A model generated the notes under the pieces. The model had not been told where the DNA came from. It saw only the letters and a list, made by a program, of their open reading frames with translations, and did not search any database. A stretch of DNA of 64,000 nt from a virus. The stretch lies in the IMG/VR virus record IMGVR_UViG_3300020176_000013, positions 6,837 through 70,836 of that record. One strand, written 5' to 3'. Positions 28,446 to 38,789 of this stretch are shown here, piece after piece. The first letter of the stretch is position 1. Each line of letters begins with the position of its first letter. Made by a program: the position numbers and the translations under genes.

Positions 28446-30401
28446 ATGGCAGTTAACGGAACTACGACAAATGCCAACGGGGATGCTATATTAATTAGCC
28501 TCCAAGAGCCTTATAAAAATGTGGTTGAGGTATTAGGATATACTGATGTTACCAAAGGCGAAAATACTGGTGTTTATTTTAATAAGCAATTTAGGTGGGG
28601 TACAGACGGTGTAACATATTCTGATTATATCACTCTTACTAATGCGAATCTGGAAGCTTTATTATTAGATCCAAATAAACCATTTTGGATTCAATATAGG
28701 TATGAACAGGTGGGCGATGGCACTTTGGAATTCGAATCTATTGCATTAGAGCTGGTAACAGATGGTGGTGTAATATGTAGAGTTCCGCAAATAGAATGTG
28801 GTGCTGAAGGATGTATTGGGTTACCAAACCTAGTAGTGGATTGTTGCGGTGAATCGTGGAATCCTTATGATTTAAGTAGAGCATCTGCAATGTATGATCA
28901 GCTTTCAGCAGTAACTTCTAATCTTTTTGGGTTCTGTGTTGACTATTTTAAGACTAAAGCTGACCAAAGAAGTAGAGATGTTATTTTAAAAGAATATTCA
29001 TTATTTGATGTTATTCAAGAAGCTGAAGTAAAGATACTTATTCCTGATAATGAATTACCTACAAGGGAGATTCAGTTTAATCCAATGATGATGGATTTTC
29101 CGGTTCAGTTTGAAGTTCATATTGTTAAATCTGCATTTGAAGCAGTCTTCGGTGCTGGTGCGAAACCAGAAATGAGAGACTATTTGTACTTTAAACAATA
29201 TATGAATCGAATGTATGAAGTTGACGCTATTGCCGAAGCTGATGATTTTCTCTACAGTGGCTCTTATTGGAGAGTAAGTCTTGTACCATATCAACAAAGG
29301 ACAGCCGTTGGTTTTAGTGATTCTCTTGCAGGTAAGAATGCAGAAGCTGATACTAAAGCATTAGTTTCAGATTTAGATAAATTTAAAGTAGAAAGAGAAG
29401 ATGAATTTGAAGACGTTAGAAAACCTAATCAATATAACACTATAGGAAGTTTATGTAATGATTATGTAAGAAGGGTATTAGATAAGAAGCTAATTATTAA
29501 AGAAGAAAATGTTTATAATGAATGGACTATCATATCTAAATATCATTATGAATTAGATTCAATGAGAACTGCAGAAGAAGCCATTGAATACAGATATAAT
29601 CAAGGATGGGCAGCGGAAGAAGACAGGGCCTTTACGTTTTGGGCAAGACCTCAGTATAAATCGCCTATAGGAACTAATGTATTAATTCTTTCTATAGTAG
29701 ATGACAATGGAAAAGTTAAATTTAATACTGGTGGATTACCTACCTTTGGTCAAGCCTTAAATGTTGGCGATTGGATTTCTATTAGTGGAACACAATCATA
29801 TAATGGAATAGCTAAGATAATTAAAATAGATGGAGATTCTATTACTTTAGATGAATCGTATGTAGATAATGTTACTTCAGGTACTCCTAAGTTTAACAAG
29901 GAGACGAGTAATAATTTTATGATTTATGAAAATGGTTTACTTCCACCGACGCAATTTGTATCTCTTACTTATACTCCTAATTGGTTTATTATGAAAATAA
30001 ACGACAAGTATTATAAGTGGAAATTGACCCAATCATTGGCAAAAGATGAATGGTATGCATTTGTAATTAATCTTAATGCTACTTCTAGGCAGTTAAGTCT
30101 TTATGTCTATGACACACCAGAAACATCAGGTTCAATAAATCCTAACCTTACAGCAAAACTATCTAAGATTTTTTACGAATCAAAGACTTATACGCCCGTA
30201 GGTGTAGTAAATGATTTAAAATGGAAACTTTTAGGATCACAGACCGATTTAACTAATATAAGAATTTGGGAAAAACCAATAGAAGAAGAATTACAAAGCT
30301 TAATTCTTAGTCAATACGTTGTTAAAGATACTCATTTAACTTTATTGCTGGATAACGCTTCACCAGAATTGTTACTTCAGACAGTTTCTGATGCCCGTTA
30401 A
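28446..30401 (+). CDS. Virion structural protein (neck/gp14-like core with a C-terminal beta-sandwich)
   Basis: DVILKEYSL...FEVHIVKSAFE...PEMRDYLYF...RMYEV resembles head-closure proteins; LamG-like C-terminus. Confidence 0.5.
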   Translation: MAVNGTTTNANGDAILISLQEPYKNVVEVLGYTDVTKGENTGVYFNKQFRWGTDGVTYSDYITLTNANLEALLLDPNKPFWIQYRYEQVGDGTLEFESIALELVTDGGVICRVPQIECGAEGCIGLPNLVVDCCGESWNPYDLSRASAMYDQLSAVTSNLFGFCVDYFKTKADQRSRDVILKEYSLFDVIQEAEVKILIPDNELPTREIQFNPMMMDFPVQFEVHIVKSAFEAVFGAGAKPEMRDYLYFKQYMNRMYEVDAIAEADDFLYSGSYWRVSLVPYQQRTAVGFSDSLAGKNAEADTKALVSDLDKFKVEREDEFEDVRKPNQYNTIGSLCNDYVRRVLDKKLIIKEENVYNEWTIISKYHYELDSMRTAEEAIEYRYNQGWAAEEDRAFTFWARPQYKSPIGTNVLILSIVDDNGKVKFNTGGLPTFGQALNVGDWISISGTQSYNGIAKIIKIDGDSITLDESYVDNVTSGTPKFNKETSNNFMIYENGLLPPTQFVSLTYTPNWFIMKINDKYYKWKLTQSLAKDEWYAFVINLNATSRQLSLYVYDTPETSGSINPNLTAKLSKIFYESKTYTPVGVVNDLKWKLLGSQTDLTNIRIWEKPIEEELQSLILSQYVVKDTHLTLLLDNASPELLLQTVSDAR

Positions 30402-30433
30402 AATTTGGAATATATAATACAAATTTAGTATTA

Positions 30434-31042
30434 ATGGAAGAAAACCCGAAAGAAAAGTTTAGAGATAGCATTGGGGATTTACTTAATGATTTACCTGATG
30501 AAGTTCCTGGATTAGATGATACTCCACAATTACCTAAGGTTAGGGCAGAAGGTACTCAAGCCGTTGCATTAACTAAAGCCAAAGGAAAGGCTAAAAAGGT
30601 AATGACTAGTCTTCTTAAATTTTATTTAAGTGAAGAAATTATAGCCGAGCATGAATACATTCAAGCAAAGGCACAATTAGACGAATATGCTTTAGGAATG
30701 TTGATAAGGCAGATGGAGAACAGCGAAGTTGCTATATCTAGTTTAATGGACATAATTAATGAAGGGGATGTTTCTCCTAGGATGTTTGAAGTACTTAGTG
30801 ATTTGCAAAGAACTCTTTTAGACATCATAAAGAGTCAAACCATGTACATGGTAGCTATTGAAGAAAATGCTAAAAAGACAAGTAGAGATATAGATGTTTA
30901 TCATGGAAGCCCTGAAGGGGATTCAAGATCAAAAACATCAGGATTAAAATCTAGAGGTACTAAAGATTTAATGAGAGCATTACAAGAAACTATTAACGAA
31001 GAAGATATTCAAGATGTTGACGAAGATGAAAATGAAGAATGA
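30434..31042 (+). CDS. Terminase small subunit (gp16-like)
   Basis: SPRMFEVL and GTKDLM motifs; upstream of the large terminase. Confidence 0.65.
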   Translation: MEENPKEKFRDSIGDLLNDLPDEVPGLDDTPQLPKVRAEGTQAVALTKAKGKAKKVMTSLLKFYLSEEIIAEHEYIQAKAQLDEYALGMLIRQMENSEVAISSLMDIINEGDVSPRMFEVLSDLQRTLLDIIKSQTMYMVAIEENAKKTSRDIDVYHGSPEGDSRSKTSGLKSRGTKDLMRALQETINEEDIQDVDEDENEE

Positions 31043-31298
31043 TTACATTCTCACTGAAGAAATACCACAAGAAACACAAACCAAGGGAGGTTTATGGATT
31101 CCTGAAGAAAAGTATAACCGCAAGGCTTTAGTTATTGAAGCATCAGATGGATTAGAAGTTAAGAAAGGTGACAAAGTAATAAAAACAATAGGAAAAGGTA
31201 CAGAATATACCTTTGATGATAAAAGATATGAAATCTTACATATTAATCATATCCTAGCCGTAATAAAAGAAGATGCCACAGAAACCACAAGCACCTAG
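31014..31298 (+). CDS. groES: GroES-like co-chaperonin
   Basis: DYIL...ETQTKGGLWIP...VKKGDKVI...ILAVI; the true start may be a few codons downstream. Confidence 0.8.
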   Translation: MLTKMKMKNDYILTEEIPQETQTKGGLWIPEEKYNRKALVIEASDGLEVKKGDKVIKTIGKGTEYTFDDKRYEILHINHILAVIKEDATETTST

Positions 31299-33090
31299 TG
31301 CAGGATTTGACTTTAGTGTAGGTAAAGCTGAACAAGCCTTTTCATGGACAAGTGAAGGTGTTGAGCAACTTATGCTTGCATTGGAAGAAGGCTATAAACC
31401 TAAAGCAACACCGTTCTACGAAGGTAATCCTAATCTTAGAAAAGGTAACATTGTTTTTAATTATACTCCTCATGAAATAAAGGAAATAAAAAAGTGCGCA
31501 ACCGATATTGTGTACTTTGCAAATACGTATTGTACTGTAATGACCGATCATGGTTTGCAGACAATTCAATTAAGACCTTATCAAGAAGAGATGTTAAGGC
31601 AGTTTCAGGCAGAGAGATTTAATATTTGTTTAGCTAGTAGGCAGGTTGGTAAAACAATATGTTCTTCAATTTTTATTGCATGGTATGTTCTTTTTAATTT
31701 TGATAAGAACGCATTAGTACTTTCAAACAAAGGTGCAACCACAAGAGAAATTATTGACAAAGGAAAAACTATTTTAGAACACTTACCCTTTTTCTTAAAG
31801 CCAGGTGTACTTAAATGGGATGTATTTAATTCCAAATTTGATAATGGCTGTAGAATCATTGGTCAAACTACAACTAAGAAAGCGGCAATTGGTTTTACTA
31901 TCCATTTGCTATTCATGGATGAGTTTGCCCATATACCCCAAAACTTTGTAGAAACTTTTTATGAAAACGTATATCCTACGGTATCTGCTTCTTCAAACTC
32001 AAAGGTTATTATTACGAGCACCCCTAATGGCTTTAATAAGTTTTATGATATTTACTCCGCAGCTGAATCTGGGTTAAGTGAATATACACCATTCCGAGTT
32101 GATTGGTGGGATGTCCCTGGAAGAGATGAGGCATGGATGAGACAAGAAGTTGCCAACTTAGGTAGTGAAGAAGCATTTAATAGACAATACGGAAATCAAT
32201 TTATTGCAAGCTCTTCATTACTGTTAGGAGCAGATAGTCTTAAAAAACTAAAAGAAGGAGAATTAGAATTTGTACATCGTGAAATGGTAGAGTTTGAAGA
32301 TGAGCAAGTAGAATATGATGGCTTATTATGGGATCCAGACTTTAATTTAGAAGAATGCGAAGATAATTCTAATTATTGGTGTTTTTCGGTAGACATTGCA
32401 GAAGGTACCGGTGGGGATTATTCTATCATTAATATTTTTAAGATAGAACTCATGGATGAAAAGGATTGGGCAAAGGTATCATCGCCTGGTAGTTTTATTG
32501 ACTTTTATAGAATAAGACAAGTTGGAAGATTTAGAAGTAATGAACATACTATTGAAGAGTTTGCAAAATCTCTTTACATTTTAGCATATGACGTTTTTTA
32601 TTCTGAGAATGTAAAAATGATCATAGAATGGAATTTATTTGGAGGTGAATTGATAAAAAGAATGGAAACAGTATTTCCACAAAGAAATGATTTTGATGAA
32701 GAAGCCGTAGTTAAATTTAAACATAGAATAGATGCTCGTACTAAACAATTCGGCTTAAAGGTTAAAAAGGATAATAAACCTATATTTTGCCAAAACTTCA
32801 AAAAATACATTACACAAAATAGAATTGTACTAAAAGATAAACAAACTGTATATGAAGCAGCCACATTTGGTAAAATGCCAAATGGAAGTTATGCAGGTCA
32901 ATTAGGTCATGATGATTTAATAATGACATGTATAAATAGTTCTGAATTCTTCTTTACATTGGATTTTTCTGATTTTGCTGAAGAGATCCATGATGAAATG
33001 GATCAAAGTATTCAAGACAAGATTGATGTTATTCTAGAGCAAGATGCAAAAGGAGGACAATTGAATTTTGATATCTATGACTTGGTATAA
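31273..33090 (+). CDS. gp17: Terminase large subunit (gp17)
   Basis: LRPYQ, SRQVGKT, MDEFAH, TSTPNG, VDIAEG.GGDYS, HDDLIM. Confidence 0.95.
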   Translation: MPQKPQAPSAGFDFSVGKAEQAFSWTSEGVEQLMLALEEGYKPKATPFYEGNPNLRKGNIVFNYTPHEIKEIKKCATDIVYFANTYCTVMTDHGLQTIQLRPYQEEMLRQFQAERFNICLASRQVGKTICSSIFIAWYVLFNFDKNALVLSNKGATTREIIDKGKTILEHLPFFLKPGVLKWDVFNSKFDNGCRIIGQTTTKKAAIGFTIHLLFMDEFAHIPQNFVETFYENVYPTVSASSNSKVIITSTPNGFNKFYDIYSAAESGLSEYTPFRVDWWDVPGRDEAWMRQEVANLGSEEAFNRQYGNQFIASSSLLLGADSLKKLKEGELEFVHREMVEFEDEQVEYDGLLWDPDFNLEECEDNSNYWCFSVDIAEGTGGDYSIINIFKIELMDEKDWAKVSSPGSFIDFYRIRQVGRFRSNEHTIEEFAKSLYILAYDVFYSENVKMIIEWNLFGGELIKRMETVFPQRNDFDEEAVVKFKHRIDARTKQFGLKVKKDNKPIFCQNFKKYITQNRIVLKDKQTVYEAATFGKMPNGSYAGQLGHDDLIMTCINSSEFFFTLDFSDFAEEIHDEMDQSIQDKIDVILEQDAKGGQLNFDIYDLV

Positions 33091-33144
33091 AAAGTTACAG
33101 GTTGTTGGATATATAAAAAAAGCAAATAAAAAAAATAATATAAG

Positions 33145-36100
33145 ATGGCACTAGATCCAAAAATCGCTTCGATTAAAGCTGCAGGAACTTATAGATTTGA
33201 ATTCGATAAGTCTCAAGTTGTTAGTATCCCTGCTAATCAGACAAGATTAATTGTTGGTTTCTCTAAGACAGGACCTTTCAATACTCCTGTATTTATACCA
33301 GATACTGCATTCTTTAAGCAAGTATATGGCGATATTGACAGAAACTTAGAAAGAAAGGATTCTTTTTTCCACAGAAGCTGTTTAGCAGCATTGGAAAGAG
33401 GACCTATTCTTGCTCTTAATCTTCTTAATTTAGATTCTGCTGACCAAGTAGAGTACCTTAAGTTTGGTACGGCTGCAACACCAGAGGCTCAGGCTAATGG
33501 TGGTGCAATGGGAGAATACCAAAAATTTTATAATAGAGATAAATTCTTCTATCCAGATTCTGATGCATTCCTAGATAATGTAAATGCAAACAGAACAACA
33601 TTAAGTTCTACCACAACTAATGATCTATTAGACATGGTGAATTTAGGACAAAATCCTATTTCTGTTATTGTAAGAAAAGCTTCTGCTGCTAATTCTGCAG
33701 GTTTTAATGTAACTGTTGAAGAGTGGTATGGCGCTGCAAACGTTCCAGGATTCTTAGATAAGGACAGTTTAGTATCCGACTTCTTAGTTGATATTTTTGT
33801 AATTGGTGGAAATTTTGGTGGAGACTTTAGTTCTGCTACACCTTACGAAAGATTTGAAGCTGATCCAACATTCCAAACCTATTTTGATAAGACACAGGGT
33901 TTAAAGAGGAGAGTATTTGATTCTGATGCAACTGATACTAAGATTGCAGAATTCTTTAATGAGTCTGAGGTTGATCTAATTGCAACTTACACTGCTTCTC
34001 TTATTCCTGATTTTGTGGATCTTATTGGTAATAACCTTTTCGTAGAAAAAGTTGTAAATGCTGATACTGCATCTACTGGATTATTTGTTGCAGTTAATGA
34101 GGATCTCTTTAGCGGAGACTTTTTAATTGACGGTGTTGCTGGTGGTCTTGATCTCATTGGTCATAATTTAGAATATACTCAAGCAACTTCTTTACAGGAT
34201 GATGTAAACTTCTTATCTTACAGCGGTGCTATTGTATCCGACGTAAATTATGCAAGAGCTGCCACTGTCCCTAATACAGTTACACAAGGTACAGAATTAA
34301 TTTCCGTTACGGCTGTTTCGGGTGGAGATATTCAAATTCAAATACAAGGAACTGCAGGTGATTCATTCTTTGATGCATTTGCTAATATGACTGCAAATAG
34401 TTCAACTGTTGTAGGTACTTATATTTTTGATTCTGTTATTTCAAAATATGTTCCTGTTACTTCTCACCAAGTAGTTGGAAACACCGTTACATTATTACTT
34501 TCTTCTGTAGGCGGTGTTGCAATAGGAGATTTCCCAACAACTGGCGCAACATACACTTACATTAACGAAGGTGACTTTGGATTCGTTGCTGATGAATTAC
34601 CATTATCTAACCCAACCGCTGGAATTATAGGTTCTTACGGATCTACCTTATATAGCCAATTCTCAAACGGTACTCTTACTGATGGGGATGAAGCTGTATA
34701 TGAAGTAGGTGGGATTCAATATACTTCTTACTTAGTATTTAATGCTGTAGATTACGGATCTATTCATGTAGGAACACCAACAACTGCTGTTGATACTGTT
34801 GGAATATCTGACCCGGCATATAACTTGCCATCGGTTCAGATAACTCCTTACCAGGAAGATGCATTTAACACTTTGACTCCACATGCCCAGTTTACTTTAG
34901 ATGGTACAGGTGTATTCTTAAATTCTGATGCTGTTGCATACGGTGCAAATATTTTAGGTATTCAAACTCTGAAAGGTGCAAATAACCTTTCTATTGATAT
35001 CTTGGCTGATTCATTAACTGAAACTGCTCTTAAGCCTAACCAAGTATTAATTGATGCTGCTAATCCTGATGCTGCTGATGTGGTTGTAGGTAACTACTTA
35101 GTACACTTTGAAGGTTCTGTTTCAGTACCTCACTCAAGATTAACCAGAATCAATATTGTACAAGGCGGATTAACAAATTCTGAATATAGTACAATTCCTG
35201 CAGGCAAAACTGCATTATTAGTTACTTGCCAAAGTGAAATTTCAATTTCCACTGCAGGCGGTATTAAAAAGGTTGAATTGTATTACCCAATAGATTCATG
35301 GATTGATTACTTAAACATATTTACTTTAGATGGGTTTAGGTTAGATAATACAAAACATGTACCTAACGGAACTAACGAAAGACAGAATGCTATATTAAAT
35401 GGTACTCTTAATGGAACTAACCTGTTTAAAGCATTAACTGATAGAGAAACAATTAACTTCAGATATTTAGTTGATACGTTCGGAAACGGTATTGAAAGTG
35501 GATCTAAGGCAATTTATACAAACTTATGTTCTACTAGAAAGAATGCATTTGCAATAATTAATGCACCTTCTGCTAAAGACTTTAAGAATAATACAGATCC
35601 TTCCTTCTTGGATGCAACTGGATCGCTTTCCTCTAGATTTATTTCTACTGGTGGAGATCTTAGTAAAAATCCAACGGTAAGATACTCATTACCTTCACCA
35701 ACACAAGGTGCAAGCTTTGGCGCATTCTACTATCCTTTCATTACTGTAAGAGATTTAGGAAAGAACATAAACGTTGTACCAGCACCGTATGTTTCTAATA
35801 ACTTTATTGCAAAGTATGAAAATGCTTTACCGTGGTCATTAGTTGCAGGTGTTCGTAGAGGCGTTGTAGGTGGAACTGGAGTTGTAGGTTTAGAATTAAA
35901 TCTTGGTAAAGAGGACAGAGAATACTTAGAACCATTTGGATTGAATCCAATTGTATTCCAAAGTGGAACTGGCCCAACAATCTTTGCTAATAAAACAGCA
36001 CAGCAAACTACAAAATCTGCGTTAAGCTCAATTAATGTTAGAGAGGTTGTAATTTACATCCAAGATGGTATTGAAGCAATCCTGAAAAACTACTTATTTG

Positions 36101-36351
36101 AATTTAACACAGCTCAAACTAGATTGGAAATTAAAACTCTTGCTGATAACTTCTTATCAACCGTTCAAAACGATGATGGTGTTTTTGACTTTAAGAATGT
36201 TATGGATGAAACTAATAATACTCCAGAAGTTATAGATCAGAATGTAGGTATCCTTGATACTTATATCGAGCCAGTAAGAGGTATGGAAGTTCTCGTACAA
36301 AGAACTACAATCCTTAAAACAGGTGCAATAAGCTCAGGTAACTTCCAATAA
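33145..36351 (+). CDS. gp18: Contractile tail sheath protein (gp18), enlarged
   Basis: GFSKTGPFNTP, VAGVRRG, GLNPI, SALSSINVRE, FEFN, YIEPVRGME. Confidence 0.92.
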   Translation: MALDPKIASIKAAGTYRFEFDKSQVVSIPANQTRLIVGFSKTGPFNTPVFIPDTAFFKQVYGDIDRNLERKDSFFHRSCLAALERGPILALNLLNLDSADQVEYLKFGTAATPEAQANGGAMGEYQKFYNRDKFFYPDSDAFLDNVNANRTTLSSTTTNDLLDMVNLGQNPISVIVRKASAANSAGFNVTVEEWYGAANVPGFLDKDSLVSDFLVDIFVIGGNFGGDFSSATPYERFEADPTFQTYFDKTQGLKRRVFDSDATDTKIAEFFNESEVDLIATYTASLIPDFVDLIGNNLFVEKVVNADTASTGLFVAVNEDLFSGDFLIDGVAGGLDLIGHNLEYTQATSLQDDVNFLSYSGAIVSDVNYARAATVPNTVTQGTELISVTAVSGGDIQIQIQGTAGDSFFDAFANMTANSSTVVGTYIFDSVISKYVPVTSHQVVGNTVTLLLSSVGGVAIGDFPTTGATYTYINEGDFGFVADELPLSNPTAGIIGSYGSTLYSQFSNGTLTDGDEAVYEVGGIQYTSYLVFNAVDYGSIHVGTPTTAVDTVGISDPAYNLPSVQITPYQEDAFNTLTPHAQFTLDGTGVFLNSDAVAYGANILGIQTLKGANNLSIDILADSLTETALKPNQVLIDAANPDAADVVVGNYLVHFEGSVSVPHSRLTRINIVQGGLTNSEYSTIPAGKTALLVTCQSEISISTAGGIKKVELYYPIDSWIDYLNIFTLDGFRLDNTKHVPNGTNERQNAILNGTLNGTNLFKALTDRETINFRYLVDTFGNGIESGSKAIYTNLCSTRKNAFAIINAPSAKDFKNNTDPSFLDATGSLSSRFISTGGDLSKNPTVRYSLPSPTQGASFGAFYYPFITVRDLGKNINVVPAPYVSNNFIAKYENALPWSLVAGVRRGVVGGTGVVGLELNLGKEDREYLEPFGLNPIVFQSGTGPTIFANKTAQQTTKSALSSINVREVVIYIQDGIEAILKNYLFEFNTAQTRLEIKTLADNFLSTVQNDDGVFDFKNVMDETNNTPEVIDQNVGILDTYIEPVRGMEVLVQRTTILKTGAISSGNFQ

Positions 36352-36389
36352 GAAAAGAAAGATGAATATATAAAAAAATAAGATAAGTT

Positions 36390-36953
36390 ATGCCATTACC
36401 ACATTATACACAATCAAGGGCCAGCAGTCAGAGATATGAACCTATCCAACCAAACCTTTTCGAGGTAACTGTGTTCAGCCCATTAGGTGATGATACAGGA
36501 TTAATCTTGGAACAGGTTAAAACTATCGGAGGATTAAATAACCTTAATCCATCTGTAGATGCAATCGGTCAGAAATATAAATTTGCTGATCGTTCGTTTG
36601 CAAGTATGCCAGGACAAACATTCTTGGATCTCACACTCAACTTCAGCTTAAACCTGAATGAAGCAAATGAAAACTACATTTACAACACATTCCGTAACTG
36701 GTACAAATTGATTTATGATCCACTAACCGGCGAAATGGGATTGAAAAAGGATTATGTTGGAAGTATGATTATTGTACAGTACAACAGAGCAGGTGATATT
36801 TTCAGAAAGATTACTTGTAAAGATGTATTCCCAACAGGACAACCTGATTTCGTAGATGAATTGAATTATGAAACTCCAGATGCCGCTGATTTAACAATGA
36901 CTTACCGTTGTGATCACTGGGTTGAAGAAAATGTTGGAGCTACAAATCTTTAA
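36390..36953 (+). CDS. gp19: Tail tube protein (gp19)
   Basis: PNLFEV, FRNWYKLIYDPLTG, KKDY, VFPT, LNY, CDHW; follows the sheath gene. Confidence 0.85.
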   Translation: MPLPHYTQSRASSQRYEPIQPNLFEVTVFSPLGDDTGLILEQVKTIGGLNNLNPSVDAIGQKYKFADRSFASMPGQTFLDLTLNFSLNLNEANENYIYNTFRNWYKLIYDPLTGEMGLKKDYVGSMIIVQYNRAGDIFRKITCKDVFPTGQPDFVDELNYETPDAADLTMTYRCDHWVEENVGATNL

Positions 36954-36981
36954 TCTATAAGTTCATTAAATATATTTTTAG

Positions 36982-37007
36982 AAACTGGCCTTAGGGCCAG
37001 TTTTTTT
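36982..37007 (+). terminator. Intrinsic terminator after the tail tube gene
   Basis: AAACTGGCC-TTAG-GGCCAGTTT followed by T's. Confidence 0.88.
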
Positions 37008-37051
37008 GTCATAGCACTAATATATAATATAGAATACATAATCTAAAACAC

Positions 37052-37522
37052 ATGACTATATTTAAAGTAGAAAATCAAACAGATGGGAAGATTTATGTAG
37101 GCTACTCTGTTAATGATAATCCAAACAACTTAGGTACAGGAAAATACATTAAGAGGGCGGTAAAAGATTTTGGTTTAAGATCCTTTACTAAAACTACATT
37201 AGAAGAATTTGGACAAGATGAATCACTAGGTCATATTATGGATAGACTTGAATTTTGGATTAAAAAATTTAAAGCCGATAATCCTAAATATGGTTATAAC
37301 GAAAGCGTCCAAGAAATGATCCCACAAAAGAAAAGACTTACAAAAAAATTACAAGTCTTATTAACCCCAGAAGATGAAGATAATTTAAATTCTATCATTA
37401 TCCAAAAATCAATGGAAACAAAAACAAAACCGATGCCCGTATCAAGATATGTTAGGCAATTAATAGTAGAGCATATTGTAAAAGAGACATCACCAGAAAA
37501 ACAATTAATAAAATCTAAATAA
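37052..37522 (+). CDS. Degenerate GIY-YIG (Seg-like) domain fused to a ribbon-helix-helix-like domain
   Basis: TIFKVEN..DGKIYVG, LGTG..IKRAVKDFG, WI, GYN; C-terminal KLQVLLTPED...VSRYVRQLI. Confidence 0.65.
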   Translation: MTIFKVENQTDGKIYVGYSVNDNPNNLGTGKYIKRAVKDFGLRSFTKTTLEEFGQDESLGHIMDRLEFWIKKFKADNPKYGYNESVQEMIPQKKRLTKKLQVLLTPEDEDNLNSIIIQKSMETKTKPMPVSRYVRQLIVEHIVKETSPEKQLIKSK

Positions 37523-37524
37523 TT

Positions 37525-38526
37525 ATGAGTAGTCACGAGGACAATATTAAAAAGGAATTTGAAGCAGCTGAAAGTATTCAGGATACTGCTGCTGTAGTAA
37601 CTGATGAAAGCGGTACTATTAAAGAGCTAGGTAAAGTTGACACAACTAGAGGTTCTGGTGTAGTTTCACCTGATGATCCAGAAATTAAAAGAATACAATC
37701 ATTGGCTGGGCATGTTAAATTAGATTTAACACAGTTCCCATCGGGTGGGCGTTTCTATAGAGAAGATTTTGAAATTCATATCAGAGCCGCAAGAGTTGGT
37801 GAGATTAGAGATTTTTCAACAGTAGATGAGGATAACATCTTAGATGTAGATGAAAAGTTAAATTCTATTCTTGTTAATTGTACTAAAATAATGTACGGTA
37901 CACAGAGAGGATCTTATAGAGACGTATTGGAAGAAGATAGAATTTACCTTATTTTATCAATTAGAGAACTTACGTTTAAGCAAGGTGAAAATAAACTTAT
38001 GATGCCAATTGGTAAAAAAGGATGTTCCACTCCTAGCTGTAAATCTCAGGAATCCGTAGAGCTTAAAACATCTAATCTACAATTCCAGGAAACTGATGAA
38101 CTATTAGAAAAATATTATGATTATCAAAATAAGTGCTATACAATTCCTACTAAAAATCATGGAGAGATTACATTAGCACCACCTACGATCGGAGTAATGA
38201 GAGCTATTACTAATTGGATTAGAAAACGTGAAGAGGAAAATAAATCTTGGGATAAAGCATCTCTTACTGTGCTTCCTTATGTACAAAGAGAATGGAGAGG
38301 TTTTAATGATAATGAAATCTTTTCTGCTATAACCAATTTCCAAGGTTGGGATGCAAGTAAATATTCAATTGTTTATAGACTTGTAGAAAAAGCGAAAATT
38401 GGAGTCAAGCCTGAGTTTGTCTATCCATGTGAAAGTTGTGATGCGGAGGTCACAGTCCCGCTTTCCTTTCCCGGCGGCGTCAAGGCTCTCTTTATTATTC
38501 AGGATATCACTTCTGAACTTCTTTAA
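37525..38526 (+). CDS. Baseplate hub assembly / tail chaperone (gp26-like)
   Basis: FPSGG, EEDRIYLILSIRELT, CSTPSC and CESC zinc motifs; lies between tube and tape measure. Confidence 0.7.
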   Translation: MSSHEDNIKKEFEAAESIQDTAAVVTDESGTIKELGKVDTTRGSGVVSPDDPEIKRIQSLAGHVKLDLTQFPSGGRFYREDFEIHIRAARVGEIRDFSTVDEDNILDVDEKLNSILVNCTKIMYGTQRGSYRDVLEEDRIYLILSIRELTFKQGENKLMMPIGKKGCSTPSCKSQESVELKTSNLQFQETDELLEKYYDYQNKCYTIPTKNHGEITLAPPTIGVMRAITNWIRKREEENKSWDKASLTVLPYVQREWRGFNDNEIFSAITNFQGWDASKYSIVYRLVEKAKIGVKPEFVYPCESCDAEVTVPLSFPGGVKALFIIQDITSELL

Positions 38527-38779
38527 GATAAGAGTTCTTTTATTGGAAAAGTTGCATCTCCAACCGTCTGAGTTGGATTTGCTACCTTTCTATGAATACG
38601 AGTATACTCTTGAAATGTTTAATGAAATCATCAAAGAACGTAATGATGATGAAAAGAAACAAACGTCTTCTTATGATGATCAATATAAGAATATGTCCGG
38701 AATGCAAAATAAAATGAGTAAAAGTATGTCTTCATACAAAACTCCATCAATGCCTAAAATAAGCATGCCTAAGTTCTAA
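38399..38779 (+). CDS. gp51-like baseplate hub assembly protein, probably expressed by +1 frameshift
   Basis: SLLNFFK...LHLQPSELDLLPFYEYEYTLE resembles gp51; overlaps the gp26-like gene in the +1 frame; start uncertain. Confidence 0.6.
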   Translation: MESSLSLSIHVKVVMRRSQSRFPFPAASRLSLLFRISLLNFFKIRVLLLEKLHLQPSELDLLPFYEYEYTLEMFNEIIKERNDDEKKQTSSYDDQYKNMSGMQNKMSKSMSSYKTPSMPKISMPKF

Positions 38780-38789
38780 TAAATATACT

